From Cyclobacteriaceae bacterium (lineage in GTDB: Bacteria; Bacteroidota; Bacteroidia; Cytophagales; Cyclobacteriaceae), in NCBI GenBank assembly GCA_013373335.1, contig JABXHZ010000169.1:1-43041 (forward strand): DNA of 43,041 bases. The letters run 5' to 3'. The position numbers and the translations under genes are program-made. This document shows positions 1 through 9,237 of the stretch, in pieces (positions within the stretch are counted from its first letter, which is position 1; each line of letters begins with the position of its first letter). The notes under the pieces were generated by a model. The model was given only the letters and a program-made list of their open reading frames with translations, searched no databases and was not told the DNA's origin.

Positions 1-894
1 AGGGATATTTCGGCGCTTTTTCATGAGAAACTGCATACAGAAAAAGGAAATGAAGATCCGTCCTATTTAACGAATGCAGCCAGACTTCATCTTCGGGAAA
101 AGTTTTTAGGGTCGAAAGTAGCAATCACTGGCGTGAACTTTGGGGTTGCCGAAACGGGAGAGTTTGTGGTCTGTACCAATGAGGGGAATGCCGATATGGG
201 TGTGCATTTGGCGGATGTACACATCGCTTGTATGGGGATCGAGAAGATTATTCCCAGACGAAAGGATTTGGGTGTTTTTCTTCGTCTATTGGCTAGATCC
301 GCAACAGGTCAGCCCATCACCAATTACAATTCGCATTTCAGAAGCCCTGCTAAAGGAAAAGAAATCCATCTGGTTTTAGTGGATAATGGGCGGACTCTAC
401 AATTGGCCCGTGAGAAATTCAGGGATTCCCTGAAATGTATCCGTTGTGGAGCCTGTATGAATACTTGCCCTATATATCGACGAAGTGGAGGTTTTAGCTA
501 TGGAAGCACCGTGCCTGGGCCCATTGGATCAATTCTTTCTCCGGGTTTGGATATGAAAAAATACAGTACCCTTCCCTTTGCATCGACCCTTTGTGGGAGT
601 TGCTCGGATGTCTGTCCTGTCAAGATCAATATTCATGAGCAACTCTATGAGTGGCGGCAGGAAATCACCAAGCATCATGGAAAAGGATCTAAAAACCTAG
701 GGATGAAACTCGCGAGTGGTATTTTTAAAAGTCCTCTGGTATACCAATTTTCAGGTTCACTAATGCGAAAAGCAGTTAGGAACCTGCCGAAAGGGCTGAT
801 CTATAATCCGCTGAATGCTTGGGGAAAAAACCGGGATCTTCCGGAAGCTCCAAAAGAGTCCTTTCAGGAATGGTATAAAAGAAATCGTAAATGA
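1..894 (+). CDS. lutB: Lactate utilization protein B (LutB/LldF, Fe-S), 5'-truncated by window edge
   Basis: Frame is open from base 1 (RDISALFHEKLH...ITGVNFG). Contains NEGNA, LLARSATGQ and two ferredoxin motifs (CIRCGACMNTCP, STLCGSCSDVCPVKI). Confidence 0.92.
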   Translation, partial: RDISALFHEKLHTEKGNEDPSYLTNAARLHLREKFLGSKVAITGVNFGVAETGEFVVCTNEGNADMGVHLADVHIACMGIEKIIPRRKDLGVFLRLLARSATGQPITNYNSHFRSPAKGKEIHLVLVDNGRTLQLAREKFRDSLKCIRCGACMNTCPIYRRSGGFSYGSTVPGPIGSILSPGLDMKKYSTLPFASTLCGSCSDVCPVKINIHEQLYEWRQEITKHHGKGSKNLGMKLASGIFKSPLVYQFSGSLMRKAVRNLPKGLIYNPLNAWGKNRDLPEAPKESFQEWYKRNRK

Positions 895-1451
895 GTAGCC
901 GAGAAGATATTCTAAATTCGATCCGTGAGATTGAAAGGGTAAAGAAATCTTTACCTGACCTGCCCGATTATCGATTGGGTGATGATTTGGTAGAATTATT
1001 TACTCAGGCAATTATATCCAATAAAGGGGAGGTAATGAATCGAGAGGAATTTGAAATCTGGTTGGCAGCTTCCGATTTCCAACAAATTATTTCTTTGCCT
1101 GGATCCTTTCAATCCTATTCCACACTAGATCTTCCCGAGGATCCTCATCAACTGGATAATTTGCAGCTGGCTATTTTAGAAGCACAATTTGGAGTTGCTG
1201 AAAATGGGGCGATGTGGTTGGATGATACGCAGCTTCCCCATCGAGTCCTTCCCTTTATCACCGAACATTTGGTAGTGGTGATTTCGAAAGAAAAGTTGGT
1301 AGATACCATGCATCAGGCTTATGAACGAATAGGGGATGGGTATTCCGGTTTTGGACTTTTTGTAGCAGGTCCTTCCAAAACAGCTGATATTGAGCAATCC
1401 TTGGTTATAGGTGCTCATGGGGCAAAAAGCTTGCGGGTGGTTCTTATATGA
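891..1451 (+). CDS. lutC: LUD-domain lactate utilization protein C (LutC/YkgG)
   Basis: GVAENGAMW and GPSKTADIEQSLVIGAHG motifs; 4-nt overlap with lutB. Confidence 0.9.
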   Translation: MSSREDILNSIREIERVKKSLPDLPDYRLGDDLVELFTQAIISNKGEVMNREEFEIWLAASDFQQIISLPGSFQSYSTLDLPEDPHQLDNLQLAILEAQFGVAENGAMWLDDTQLPHRVLPFITEHLVVVISKEKLVDTMHQAYERIGDGYSGFGLFVAGPSKTADIEQSLVIGAHGAKSLRVVLI

Positions 1452-1486
1452 CCAATTGAAAAAACTGGCCTTAGGTCTAATACTTG

Positions 1487-1561
1487 TGGAATCTAGGGGA
1501 TTCGAACCCATGACCTCTGCCCTGTCAAGGCAGCGCTCTAAACCAACTGAGCTAAGATTCC
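1487..1561 (-). tRNA. tRNA-Val(GAC), CCA not encoded
   Basis: Reverse complement reads GGAATCTTAGCTCAGTTGGTTTAGAGCGCTGCCTTGACAGGGCAGAGGTCATGGGTTCGAATCCCCTAGATTCCA. Acceptor stem GGAATCT/AGATTCC, anticodon arm CTGCC-TTGACAG-GGCAG, T-loop GTTCGAAT. Confidence 0.97.
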
Positions 1562-1714
1562 AGAGTGGATATTTGGTGCTCAAAACCTACTTTTAAGTAT
1601 AAAGTGAGAGCTACTATATCTTGGAATGGCGAATATAAAAAAGAATAAGGAAGGAGACGGTTATGCCGTTATTTTAAAATGTCTGAAGGATAAAATTTAT
1701 TCTTTTTCCTTGCT

Positions 1715-2317
1715 TTATTTTTCACCAATCAATGTTTTGTGTATAGCCAAAACCTGGGGGATCAAGAGCATATTATTCTTGTTTTTGATGACAAAATCGG
1801 CTTTTTCATTCTTGATTTCGTCCGGTAGCTGTTGATTGATGATATGATTTACCTGTTCTTCTGTTCGATGAGGGTCCCGCATCAGTACACGTGCCATTCG
1901 CACTCGTAGAGGAGAACTTACATTAATGACTTTGTCCAGTTGTTCTTCCCCTCCCGTTTCGAATATCAGGGCTGCCTCTTTAAGAACATATGGAGTCGTT
2001 TGGGAAGTGGCCCAGTTTTTAAAATCTTCAGCCACTGCAGGGTGAACTAGGCTATTGATCTTTTTCACTTTCTCAGGGTCCCCAAATACCGTTTGGGCTA
2101 AATATTCTCTGTTTAAGCTTCCATCCTCCTGATAACTTTCTGTGCCGAAAGCTTCTACGATGGACTTTTTCAAATTTGCATCCGTATTCATCAGCCATTT
2201 GGCCCGATCATCGGCATAGTAGACCGGAATACCCAAAATTTCAAATAGTCGAGCGACTGTGGATTTGCCCGAACCTATGCCTCCTGTAAGACCTATCAGT
2301 TTGGGATTAGTTACCAT
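1715..2317 (-). CDS. coaE: Dephospho-CoA kinase
   Basis: IGLTGGIGSGKSTVA P-loop, YYADDRAK, LVHPAV and KEAALIFE motifs. Confidence 0.96.
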   Translation of the reverse strand: MVTNPKLIGLTGGIGSGKSTVARLFEILGIPVYYADDRAKWLMNTDANLKKSIVEAFGTESYQEDGSLNREYLAQTVFGDPEKVKKINSLVHPAVAEDFKNWATSQTTPYVLKEAALIFETGGEEQLDKVINVSSPLRVRMARVLMRDPHRTEEQVNHIINQQLPDEIKNEKADFVIKNKNNMLLIPQVLAIHKTLIGEK

Positions 2318-3275
2318 AGCTCAGCTTAAGAATAGCAGGTTCTATGCGGATTTGGTCCAAAAATTCAGGGCGTGGATTAACCTGAATGGCGATCGTGGAA
2401 TCTTCTCGATTTCGCTGGGAATAGTTTAATACAGCTTCAAATTCAAGGTCTTTCAATTCATCCGTGTAGCGCTCATCCACCAAGTAATACAGCATGATCG
2501 AAGGATCTTCCTCGACAAGGTGTACGTTTCTCGGGAAATTGACCTTTTTGAGCTTCATGCGCTTATTGCCTTCCAAGAAAGCCACTACATCAATGTGGAC
2601 TGTTATGCTGCTTTCGTTGATGGAAATAAATTGCGATAGTTCTTTTGAAATTTCCAACTTCACGTTTTTAGTCAAATCCCGATCTAGCCGTCTTTCGTCC
2701 AAATTCACTGGGAATTTTCCATCGAATATCTCTAAAATGGATTCAGCTCCGGTAACTGTGACTTCTTTTGGTTCGAATTCCGGTTCGCTGAGTAGTCTGA
2801 TATTTTTTCCAAGGCTATAGCTCATAGAGTCCAAGACTGGCCTCATTTTCACAGAGCGAATCCGATCCACTTGGATTTTGAGCGTATCATTGGATAGAGA
2901 TACAATTTGTGAGGGGCTTAAGAATTCGGATAATTCCCTTCTTAATTCGGAAGGAATAAGATAATTTCTTGACGCGGGCTGCTCCAAATTGATTACAAAA
3001 GGAGGCGTATTGAAGTTGAAATACTTTCTCAAAAGATCCCAGCCGTTTCCGTTTATTTCAACTTCGAGGGTAGAGGGTAAAGGTTCGACCGGAATGTACC
3101 GCTCCCTGTCAAATTCAAATTCAATCGGATAATCGACAATAGTGGTATAGTCGTCCTTGTTCAGGGCGTTTAAAATCCAAAAAGTGGTAGCCGCTGCTAC
3201 ACAGAGGACTACCACTTTTAGGTTAGAGAGTTTTTTGGGAGAAATCCCCTTCGGGGACTTTTTAGTTTCCGGCAA
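2307..3275 (-). CDS. YbbR/CdaR-like membrane-anchored protein
   Basis: N-terminal TM helix (VVVLCVAAATTFWILNAL) and EPKEVTVTG YbbR-like motif; conserved Bacteroidota position between yajC and coaE. Confidence 0.7.
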   Translation of the reverse strand: MPETKKSPKGISPKKLSNLKVVVLCVAAATTFWILNALNKDDYTTIVDYPIEFEFDRERYIPVEPLPSTLEVEINGNGWDLLRKYFNFNTPPFVINLEQPASRNYLIPSELRRELSEFLSPSQIVSLSNDTLKIQVDRIRSVKMRPVLDSMSYSLGKNIRLLSEPEFEPKEVTVTGAESILEIFDGKFPVNLDERRLDRDLTKNVKLEISKELSQFISINESSITVHIDVVAFLEGNKRMKLKKVNFPRNVHLVEEDPSIMLYYLVDERYTDELKDLEFEAVLNYSQRNREDSTIAIQVNPRPEFLDQIRIEPAILKLSYGN

Positions 3276-3283
3276 AATTCAAT

Positions 3284-3595
3284 TTATTTAGAACTCTTTT
3301 TAGAGAAATCTAAAGAGATGGCCGATTTTTCCACGGTAACTTTAAAGCCTCGGTCTAGCTCCAGGACAACGGTATCTCCTTCAACGGAAGATACTTTTCC
3401 ATGGAGGCCACCGATCGTGACTACGGCATCTCCTTTTTTTATCTCTTCAATAAATTTTTTGGTTTCTTTTTGTTTTTTCTGCTGGGGTCTGATCATAAAG
3501 AAATACATGATCAATATGATGGATCCAAACAGAAAAACTTGACCCATAATACCGGCTCCACCTGCTGGAGTCTGTGCCAAAATGCTTGTTATCAT
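3284..3595 (-). CDS. yajC: Preprotein translocase subunit YajC
   Basis: YFFMIRPQQKKQKE and KKGDAVVTIGGLHGKV motifs. Confidence 0.96.
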   Translation of the reverse strand: MITSILAQTPAGGAGIMGQVFLFGSIILIMYFFMIRPQQKKQKETKKFIEEIKKGDAVVTIGGLHGKVSSVEGDTVVLELDRGFKVTVEKSAISLDFSKKSSK

Positions 3596-3601
3596 TCGAA
3601 A

Positions 3602-4141
3602 TTATCGCTTAACAGGTCCTACTGGTGCTGGGCCTCCTGCTTTAGGAGTTACATTTCCACGCAATCTCAATCTAGTGACAGTTGGATTGGTGTTAGCCTG
3701 AATGGTAACAGTAGGAGCTTGAGCTCCAGATTTGGCAGTTGAGTTGAATACTACCTTTACAAAACCGGTTTCTCCCGGATTCACAGGAGTTTTAGTCCAG
3801 TCAGGGCTAGTACATCCACAGGAAGCAGTGATGTTGGAAATCACCAAAGGAGCTTGACCGTTATTGGTAAAGTTGAATACTCTTTCCACTACTTCACCTT
3901 CGTTGATGGTGCCGAAGTTGTATTCCATTTCTTCAAACTGAAATCCGCCCAATGTTGAAGGATCTGCAGCCTGTGTAGTTTGTGCATTTACTGGCGTAAT
4001 CGAAGAGCCTTTTGCTTCCAATTGTGCGATTTTTTCCTCCAATGCTTGGATTTTTTGCTCTTGCTCAGAATTTTGATTACAAGCTGTAGTAAAAGAGAGA
4101 GCTGCAAATACTCCCACTAAACCAAGGATTCTTGCTTTCAT
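3602..4141 (-). CDS. DUF1573 (Ig-like) domain lipoprotein
   Basis: Lipobox-like FTTAC; YNFGTI...FTNNGQAPLVISNITASCGCT signature. Confidence 0.88.
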   Translation of the reverse strand: MKARILGLVGVFAALSFTTACNQNSEQEQKIQALEEKIAQLEAKGSSITPVNAQTTQAADPSTLGGFQFEEMEYNFGTINEGEVVERVFNFTNNGQAPLVISNITASCGCTSPDWTKTPVNPGETGFVKVVFNSTAKSGAQAPTVTIQANTNPTVTRLRLRGNVTPKAGGPAPVGPVKR

Positions 4142-4142
4142 A

Positions 4143-4442
4143 TTAGTTGTCTTTATTTATTTGATCGATTAATTTATTTACGTCTTTTAAAAGGTTTTCA
4201 GCCTTGCTTTTTGCTTCGTTGATTACTCGCTTTCCTTCGCTTTTTGCCTCATTAAGGTGAAGTTCTTTTCCTTCAACCAGTTCTTCGATGAGGTCTTCTA
4301 ATTCTTTTTTGTATTTGGAAAGTCTATAGGAAAGCTTGTCTCTTGTATTGGTGCCGCTGTCTGGGGCGAAAAGAACCCCCAATGCGGTACCAATGCCTGC
4401 TCCTACAATGAATGCTAAAAGTGAATTACTGTTCTTGCTCAT
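4143..4442 (-). CDS. YtxH domain protein
   Basis: AFIVGAGIGTALGVLFAPDSGTNTRDKL followed by a coiled coil. Confidence 0.88.
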   Translation of the reverse strand: MSKNSNSLLAFIVGAGIGTALGVLFAPDSGTNTRDKLSYRLSKYKKELEDLIEELVEGKELHLNEAKSEGKRVINEAKSKAENLLKDVNKLIDQINKDN

Positions 4443-4449
4443 ACTAGTT

Positions 4450-5634
4450 TTATTTATTGTCTAAAAGGCCTCTACCGCTTTTACGGATTTTTCCTTGTTC
4501 CGTTAACTCCCGGGACATGACATCCAAAAGACCATTTACGAATTGCTTACTCTTCGGTGTACTATAGGTCTTTGAGATATCAATGTATTCGTTGATACTC
4601 ACCTTTACCGGGATACTTGGGAAAAGCTGCATCTCGGTTATTGCCATGGAGATGATCACTTTGTCCGTAAACGCCAATCTGTCAATATCCCAGTTTTTGG
4701 TTTTTTGGGCGATCAGTTCCCGATTTTCCTGATCTTTTTCAATGGTGAAGTTAAAGATATTTTGAAAAAACTCCTTATCCTCTTCCCAGTTGATGGCAAT
4801 TTCAGGAAGACCTCCTTCGCCTGATTCTTCTGCCTGCAGAGCATTTTTCAATACCTTGGAAGCCAGACTCCTTACTACAGACTTGTTCTCTGTCCAATTA
4901 AGGTCTTTTTCGGAGAAGTAGTTCAAAATCACCTCGTTTTTGAACAAGATCTTTTTCAAAATGCCTTCTACTGCTTCCAGGTCATCCTCTAAACTTGGAT
5001 TTGAAATTTTCAAATAAGCCTGGTATTCCTCGGAGGGTTTGATATAATCCCGGAACCATTCCTTGATTTCGAGTTCCACATCATCCAGGTTGACATTGTT
5101 TCTGGCAATGGCAGCCTGATAGGATGGAGAGTTCCGAAGTTTTTTAAGGATTTGGTTGTTGTATAAATTCAATTCCCCTGCAAATTCCACGGCATTTTCA
5201 CCGGCTAATTTTCGCTTCTTTTCATGCTCTCGTCCCACATGTGCAGCAAAAGCCTGTAGGAGTTCAATCGCTAATAGATAGAGCTGTGGAATTCGTTCAG
5301 CAGAAGTGACCATGTTTTTCAAAAGAAACTCCTGATCCTTTTTATTGGCATTTCGGAATTGAACGATCGCTTCTTTCACGACTTGCTTTACCTTGGGGCT
5401 GACATCTGATGCGTCTATGGCCTTAGTATTGCTAAGGTTTTTTTCAAAAATCGCCAGGGCTAATTCGGCCTCCCTATTCAGGGCGGCCTTATCCTGAACC
5501 TCCATGCTATTGAGGTCCGGTTGGAAAGATTCCTTTATAAAATCTCGGGAAAGATTATAGTTTGAAGCTTTACACTGTTCATAAGCGTAAAGGTTTTGAA
5601 AAGCTTTGACCCTGAGGATTCTTCGATTTAGCAT
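4450..5634 (-). CDS. nusB: Transcription antitermination factor NusB, extended Bacteroidota type
   Basis: MLNRRILRVK N-terminus; C-terminal NWDIDRLA...PVKVSINEYIDISKTYSTPKSKQFVNGLLD. Confidence 0.94.
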   Translation of the reverse strand: MLNRRILRVKAFQNLYAYEQCKASNYNLSRDFIKESFQPDLNSMEVQDKAALNREAELALAIFEKNLSNTKAIDASDVSPKVKQVVKEAIVQFRNANKKDQEFLLKNMVTSAERIPQLYLLAIELLQAFAAHVGREHEKKRKLAGENAVEFAGELNLYNNQILKKLRNSPSYQAAIARNNVNLDDVELEIKEWFRDYIKPSEEYQAYLKISNPSLEDDLEAVEGILKKILFKNEVILNYFSEKDLNWTENKSVVRSLASKVLKNALQAEESGEGGLPEIAINWEEDKEFFQNIFNFTIEKDQENRELIAQKTKNWDIDRLAFTDKVIISMAITEMQLFPSIPVKVSINEYIDISKTYSTPKSKQFVNGLLDVMSRELTEQGKIRKSGRGLLDNK

Positions 5635-5697
5635 AATTGATCAAACAAGCCGTAAATATAGGGATTTTAGGCGGGCTTCCCCCAGCAGATATTTCAT

Positions 5698-5729
5698 AAA
5701 AAAACCACCGGATGCCTGGTCCGGTGGTT
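5698..5729 (-). terminator. Intrinsic terminator after the leucine dehydrogenase gene
   Basis: Stem AACCACCGGA/TCCGGTGGTT with 7-nt loop, followed by a T-run on the minus strand. Confidence 0.8.
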
Positions 5730-5751
5730 CCATGTGTATGGATTGTATTCC

Positions 5752-6852
5752 TTAGAAAGGAAGTTTTACTCTCCCAATTGCCTCAATGCGTTCTTTGGCA
5801 GCTCGAATAGCTGCTTCCTGAGCAGGAATCTCCTCTTTTACTGATTTCTCCAAAATGTGAAGACAGGTATCGTAGATTTTCTCGGTTTGCTTATAGACGG
5901 TCTCTTCATTGTAGTCACCGTAGTATTCGGCACCTACGTTAATGACACCACCAGCATTGATTAGGAAGTCAGGCGCATAGATGATTCCTTTTTCCAAAAG
6001 GATTTTGCCATGCTTGGCCTCATCTTTCAGTTGGTTATTGGCTCCACCGGCAATAACAGCACATTTCAATCGGTCAATTGTATCATCATTGACAGTGGCA
6101 CCCAAAGCACAAGGAGCATAAATGTCCATCTCCAAATCGTAGATACTGTTTGGATCCACTGCTACAGCTCCAGTTTCCAATGCTACTTTCTTGAGCTTAT
6201 CTTCAAAAATATCCGTAATTAATACTTCGGCATTTTCTTTTACCAAGTGTTGAATCAAATATTTCCCTACTTGGCCCACACCCTGTACCACGATTTTTTT
6301 ACCAGAAAGGTCATCGGATCCGAAGGCTTTTCTAGCTGCAGCTTTCATTCCGACATATACCCCATAGGCAGTAACCGGAGAAGGATCCCCTGCACCGCCT
6401 TTGATTTGAGGAAGTCCAGTCACATGGGTGGTTTCCATGGCGATGTACTCCATGTCAGCGGTACTCATATTGACATCCTCTGCGGTGACATAGCGTCCAC
6501 CAAGGCTTTCTACGAAGCGTCCAAACCTTCTAAGAAAGGCCTCATTTTTCAATTTTGGATCTCCGATGATGACTGCTTTGCCCCCACCCAGATTCAATCC
6601 GGCAAGGGAGTTTTTGAAAGTCATACCTCTAGAAAGTCTAAGCACATCCGTGATGGCTTCGGCCTCTGTGGCGTAAGGCCACATGCGGGTTCCTCCCAAA
6701 GCTGGACCAAGGGTTGTATTGTGAATTCCAATCAGGGCTTTTAAACCTGTCGCTTGATCATGGCAAATCACGAGCTGCTCGTGATCCATGGTGGTAATTT
6801 GTCCAAAGATGGATCCTTCTTGTAGGGTTTCGGAAGCTTTCGTTTCTAACAT
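5752..6852 (-). CDS. Glu/Leu/Phe/Val dehydrogenase (leucine dehydrogenase-like)
   Basis: LGPALGGTRM, GGGKAVI, YVTAEDV, QGVGQVG, GGANNQL and NAGGVI motifs. Confidence 0.94.
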   Translation of the reverse strand: MLETKASETLQEGSIFGQITTMDHEQLVICHDQATGLKALIGIHNTTLGPALGGTRMWPYATEAEAITDVLRLSRGMTFKNSLAGLNLGGGKAVIIGDPKLKNEAFLRRFGRFVESLGGRYVTAEDVNMSTADMEYIAMETTHVTGLPQIKGGAGDPSPVTAYGVYVGMKAAARKAFGSDDLSGKKIVVQGVGQVGKYLIQHLVKENAEVLITDIFEDKLKKVALETGAVAVDPNSIYDLEMDIYAPCALGATVNDDTIDRLKCAVIAGGANNQLKDEAKHGKILLEKGIIYAPDFLINAGGVINVGAEYYGDYNEETVYKQTEKIYDTCLHILEKSVKEEIPAQEAAIRAAKERIEAIGRVKLPF

Positions 6853-6877
6853 GTGAACTTCGCAGTTTAGATTGTGT

Positions 6878-6885
6878 TATATTTG
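6878..6885 (+). promoter_or_regulatory. Bacteroidota sigma-A -7 element (TATATTTG) for the ABC transporter gene
   Basis: Exact TAnnTTTG match in the divergent intergenic region. Confidence 0.5.
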
Positions 6886-6918
6886 GGTTGTTCCTTTCTC
6901 ACGGGAGGCAGGCCGATA

Positions 6919-6926
6919 CAAAATTA
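6919..6926 (-). promoter_or_regulatory. Bacteroidota -7 element (TAATTTTG) for the leucine dehydrogenase gene
   Basis: Exact TAnnTTTG match on the minus strand about 67 nt upstream of the start codon. Confidence 0.55.
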
Positions 6927-7001
6927 AATACTTTCATCGGCCAGCAAAGGAATAATTTACCCAAGTTTCCTTAATCAATTTCTAATTTCAAAAGTTTTTA
7001 T

Positions 7002-8804
7002 TTGGTGAAGCCGCTCTGGAGACTCAATAAATATTTATATAAATACAAGGGCTTGTTGCTTTTGGGTATCTTTTTTACCGTCATTTCGAACATATTCGTA
7101 ATTATTCCTGCCCAATTGGTTCGATTAGCCATAGATTATGTGGTGGAAAGTTTTTCCATTTTTAAGCCAATTCAGCTAGGTGGAATGGGTGATTTGGCCC
7201 AGGAAGTTTTTTTGAAATTTGTGCTGGTCTTTGGGGTTTTGATCCTGTTAATGGCTCTTTTGCGTGGATTTTTTCTATTCCTCATTCGACAGACGATCAT
7301 TATTATGTCCCGGAGGATTGAGTACGATTTGAAGAATGAGATTTTTGAAAAGTACCAGAATTTGCCATTGAGCTTTTATCGGAAAAACAGTACAGGAGAT
7401 TTAATGGCTCGGATTACGGAGGATGTCAGCCGGGTGCGAATGTACTTGGGTCCTGCGATCATGTATGGCCTCAATTTATTGATATTGTTTCCTTTGGTGA
7501 TCAGTTACATGGTCATGGTCAACCCTCAATTGACCCTGTATTCCTTGCTTCCTTTGCCAGTACTTTCGATCAGTATTTATTTTGTCAACAACTTGATTAA
7601 TGAGCGCTCTGAAAAAATTCAACGTAGCCTCTCGGGATTGAGCACCTTTGTTCAGGAAGCCTTTTCGGGAATTCGGGTTTTGAAGGCTTTTGTTCGGGAA
7701 AAAGACAGCGTTCGGGATTTTGCAACCGCGAGTGAGGATTACAAGGATAAATCTATCCGTCTTACAAAGGTTAATGCCTTGTTTTTCCCTTTGATTATGG
7801 CTTTGGTGGGAATTTCTACCATCCTGACAGTATATATAGGTGGTCTTCAGGTCATCAATGGAGAAATTGGTTACGGGGTAATTGCTGAATTTATTTTGTA
7901 TGTCAATATGCTTACCTGGCCTGTGACCTCATTGGGGTGGGTTACGAGTATTGTTCAGCGAGCAGCTGCTTCGCAAACTCGGATCAACGAATTTTTGGAT
8001 GAAAAGAATGAGATCCAAAGCCTGAAGGATCTGGAAGAATCCATCCATGGGAAAATCACCGTTCGAGATGTCACTTTCATTTACCCTGATTCCGGAGTCA
8101 AGGCTTTGGATCACGTAAGTTTTGAAATCCAAGCGGGTCAAACACTTGGAATTATTGGAACGACCGGTTCGGGAAAATCGACCATAGCAAACCTGCTGAT
8201 GCGGATGTACGATCCGAGTTCGGGAGAAATTTTAATCGACGATAAACCTATCCAGGATTTTAATATTTCCTTTCTTCGGAAAAATATCGGTTATGTACCT
8301 CAAGATGTGTTCTTGTTTTCCGATACCATTGCCAACAACATTTCTTTCGGAGTGGATCATCCCAATAACGAGCTTATTCAACAGGCCGCTCGGGATGCGG
8401 ATGTTTACCAAAATATTGTAGACTTTCCGAAAGGTTTTGACACCATGCTTGGGGAGCGGGGAATTACCCTATCCGGAGGTCAAAAGCAACGGGTATCTAT
8501 TGCTCGAGCTATTGCCAAGGAACCTCAGATTTTGATTTTGGATGATTGTCTTTCTGCAGTGGATACCAAGACAGAAAACTCCATTCTCAATGCCCTTAAG
8601 AAAATCATGAAGGACCGAACTTCAGTTATTATTTCGCATCGGGTTTCTTCGGCTAAGCTTGCGGATCACATTATTGTCTTGGATGAAGGGAGGGTTATTG
8701 AGCATGGAAATCATAAAACCTTAATGGCTCAAAAAGGCACGTATGCAGAATTGTATGAAAAACAAACCCAAGCTGGTGAGTCTGTAGAAACAGAGTTGGA
8801 ATAA
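7002..8804 (+). CDS. ABC exporter, fused permease/ATP-binding (MdlA/MsbA-like)
   Basis: Six-TM N-terminal domain; Walker A GTTGSGKST, signature LSGGQKQR, Walker B ILILDD. Confidence 0.94.
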   Translation: MVKPLWRLNKYLYKYKGLLLLGIFFTVISNIFVIIPAQLVRLAIDYVVESFSIFKPIQLGGMGDLAQEVFLKFVLVFGVLILLMALLRGFFLFLIRQTIIIMSRRIEYDLKNEIFEKYQNLPLSFYRKNSTGDLMARITEDVSRVRMYLGPAIMYGLNLLILFPLVISYMVMVNPQLTLYSLLPLPVLSISIYFVNNLINERSEKIQRSLSGLSTFVQEAFSGIRVLKAFVREKDSVRDFATASEDYKDKSIRLTKVNALFFPLIMALVGISTILTVYIGGLQVINGEIGYGVIAEFILYVNMLTWPVTSLGWVTSIVQRAAASQTRINEFLDEKNEIQSLKDLEESIHGKITVRDVTFIYPDSGVKALDHVSFEIQAGQTLGIIGTTGSGKSTIANLLMRMYDPSSGEILIDDKPIQDFNISFLRKNIGYVPQDVFLFSDTIANNISFGVDHPNNELIQQAARDADVYQNIVDFPKGFDTMLGERGITLSGGQKQRVSIARAIAKEPQILILDDCLSAVDTKTENSILNALKKIMKDRTSVIISHRVSSAKLADHIIVLDEGRVIEHGNHKTLMAQKGTYAELYEKQTQAGESVETELE

Positions 8805-8875
8805 GTCTTTGGTTTCCTGTATTTAAGGATAATTTTTTCTAACTTATTGTTCTTAACCAATGAATATTTTTAGCA

Positions 8876-9193
8876 ATGGAAAAGGAAAAAAAAGGCATAC
8901 AGGAAATCGAGAAAACTCTCCAAGAAATCGGTCATAAAATTGAAGAGCTCATCCAAAAAGGCGCAGATGCCAGCGCTGATGTAAGGGAAGAAATCGACAA
9001 AAAGATTGCGGCGTTGAAGGAAAATAAAACTACGCTGGAGGAAGAGCTGCGAAAAGGAAAGGCTATGTTGGAGAAGGAATTCAAAGAAAGAAAAGAAGAA
9101 TTTGAACCTAAGTTCAATGAATCTAAAGGGTTTTTCAAGGAAGGCTTAAAGCAATTTGGGATGGCCTTCAAGACACTCTTTTCCGGGAAATGA
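8876..9193 (+). CDS. Small K/E-rich coiled-coil hypothetical protein
   Basis: 105-aa ORF with ATG after an AT-rich leader and followed by a terminator; amphipathic helical sequence. Confidence 0.8.
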   Translation: MEKEKKGIQEIEKTLQEIGHKIEELIQKGADASADVREEIDKKIAALKENKTTLEEELRKGKAMLEKEFKERKEEFEPKFNESKGFFKEGLKQFGMAFKTLFSGK

Positions 9194-9207
9194 TTTCTTT
9201 TCAAATG

Positions 9208-9237
9208 AAAATGGCCGGTTGGAAGACCGGCCATTTT
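9208..9237. terminator. Bidirectional intrinsic terminator
   Basis: AAAATGGCCGGT-TGGAAG-ACCGGCCATTTT between convergent genes. Confidence 0.88.

Noticed and set aside
1176-1596. ORFs 1176-1583 (-) and 1411-1596 (+)
   Set aside because: These are shadow frames running through lutC and the tRNA-Val gene.
1452-1714. tRNA-Val as an integration site for an island
   Set aside because: No integrase and no duplicated tRNA 3' end seen in the window; flanking genes are ordinary.
4450-5634. NusB nearly three times the E. coli length
   Set aside because: An extended NusB is the usual Bacteroidota form, and there is no sign of a fusion or frameshift.
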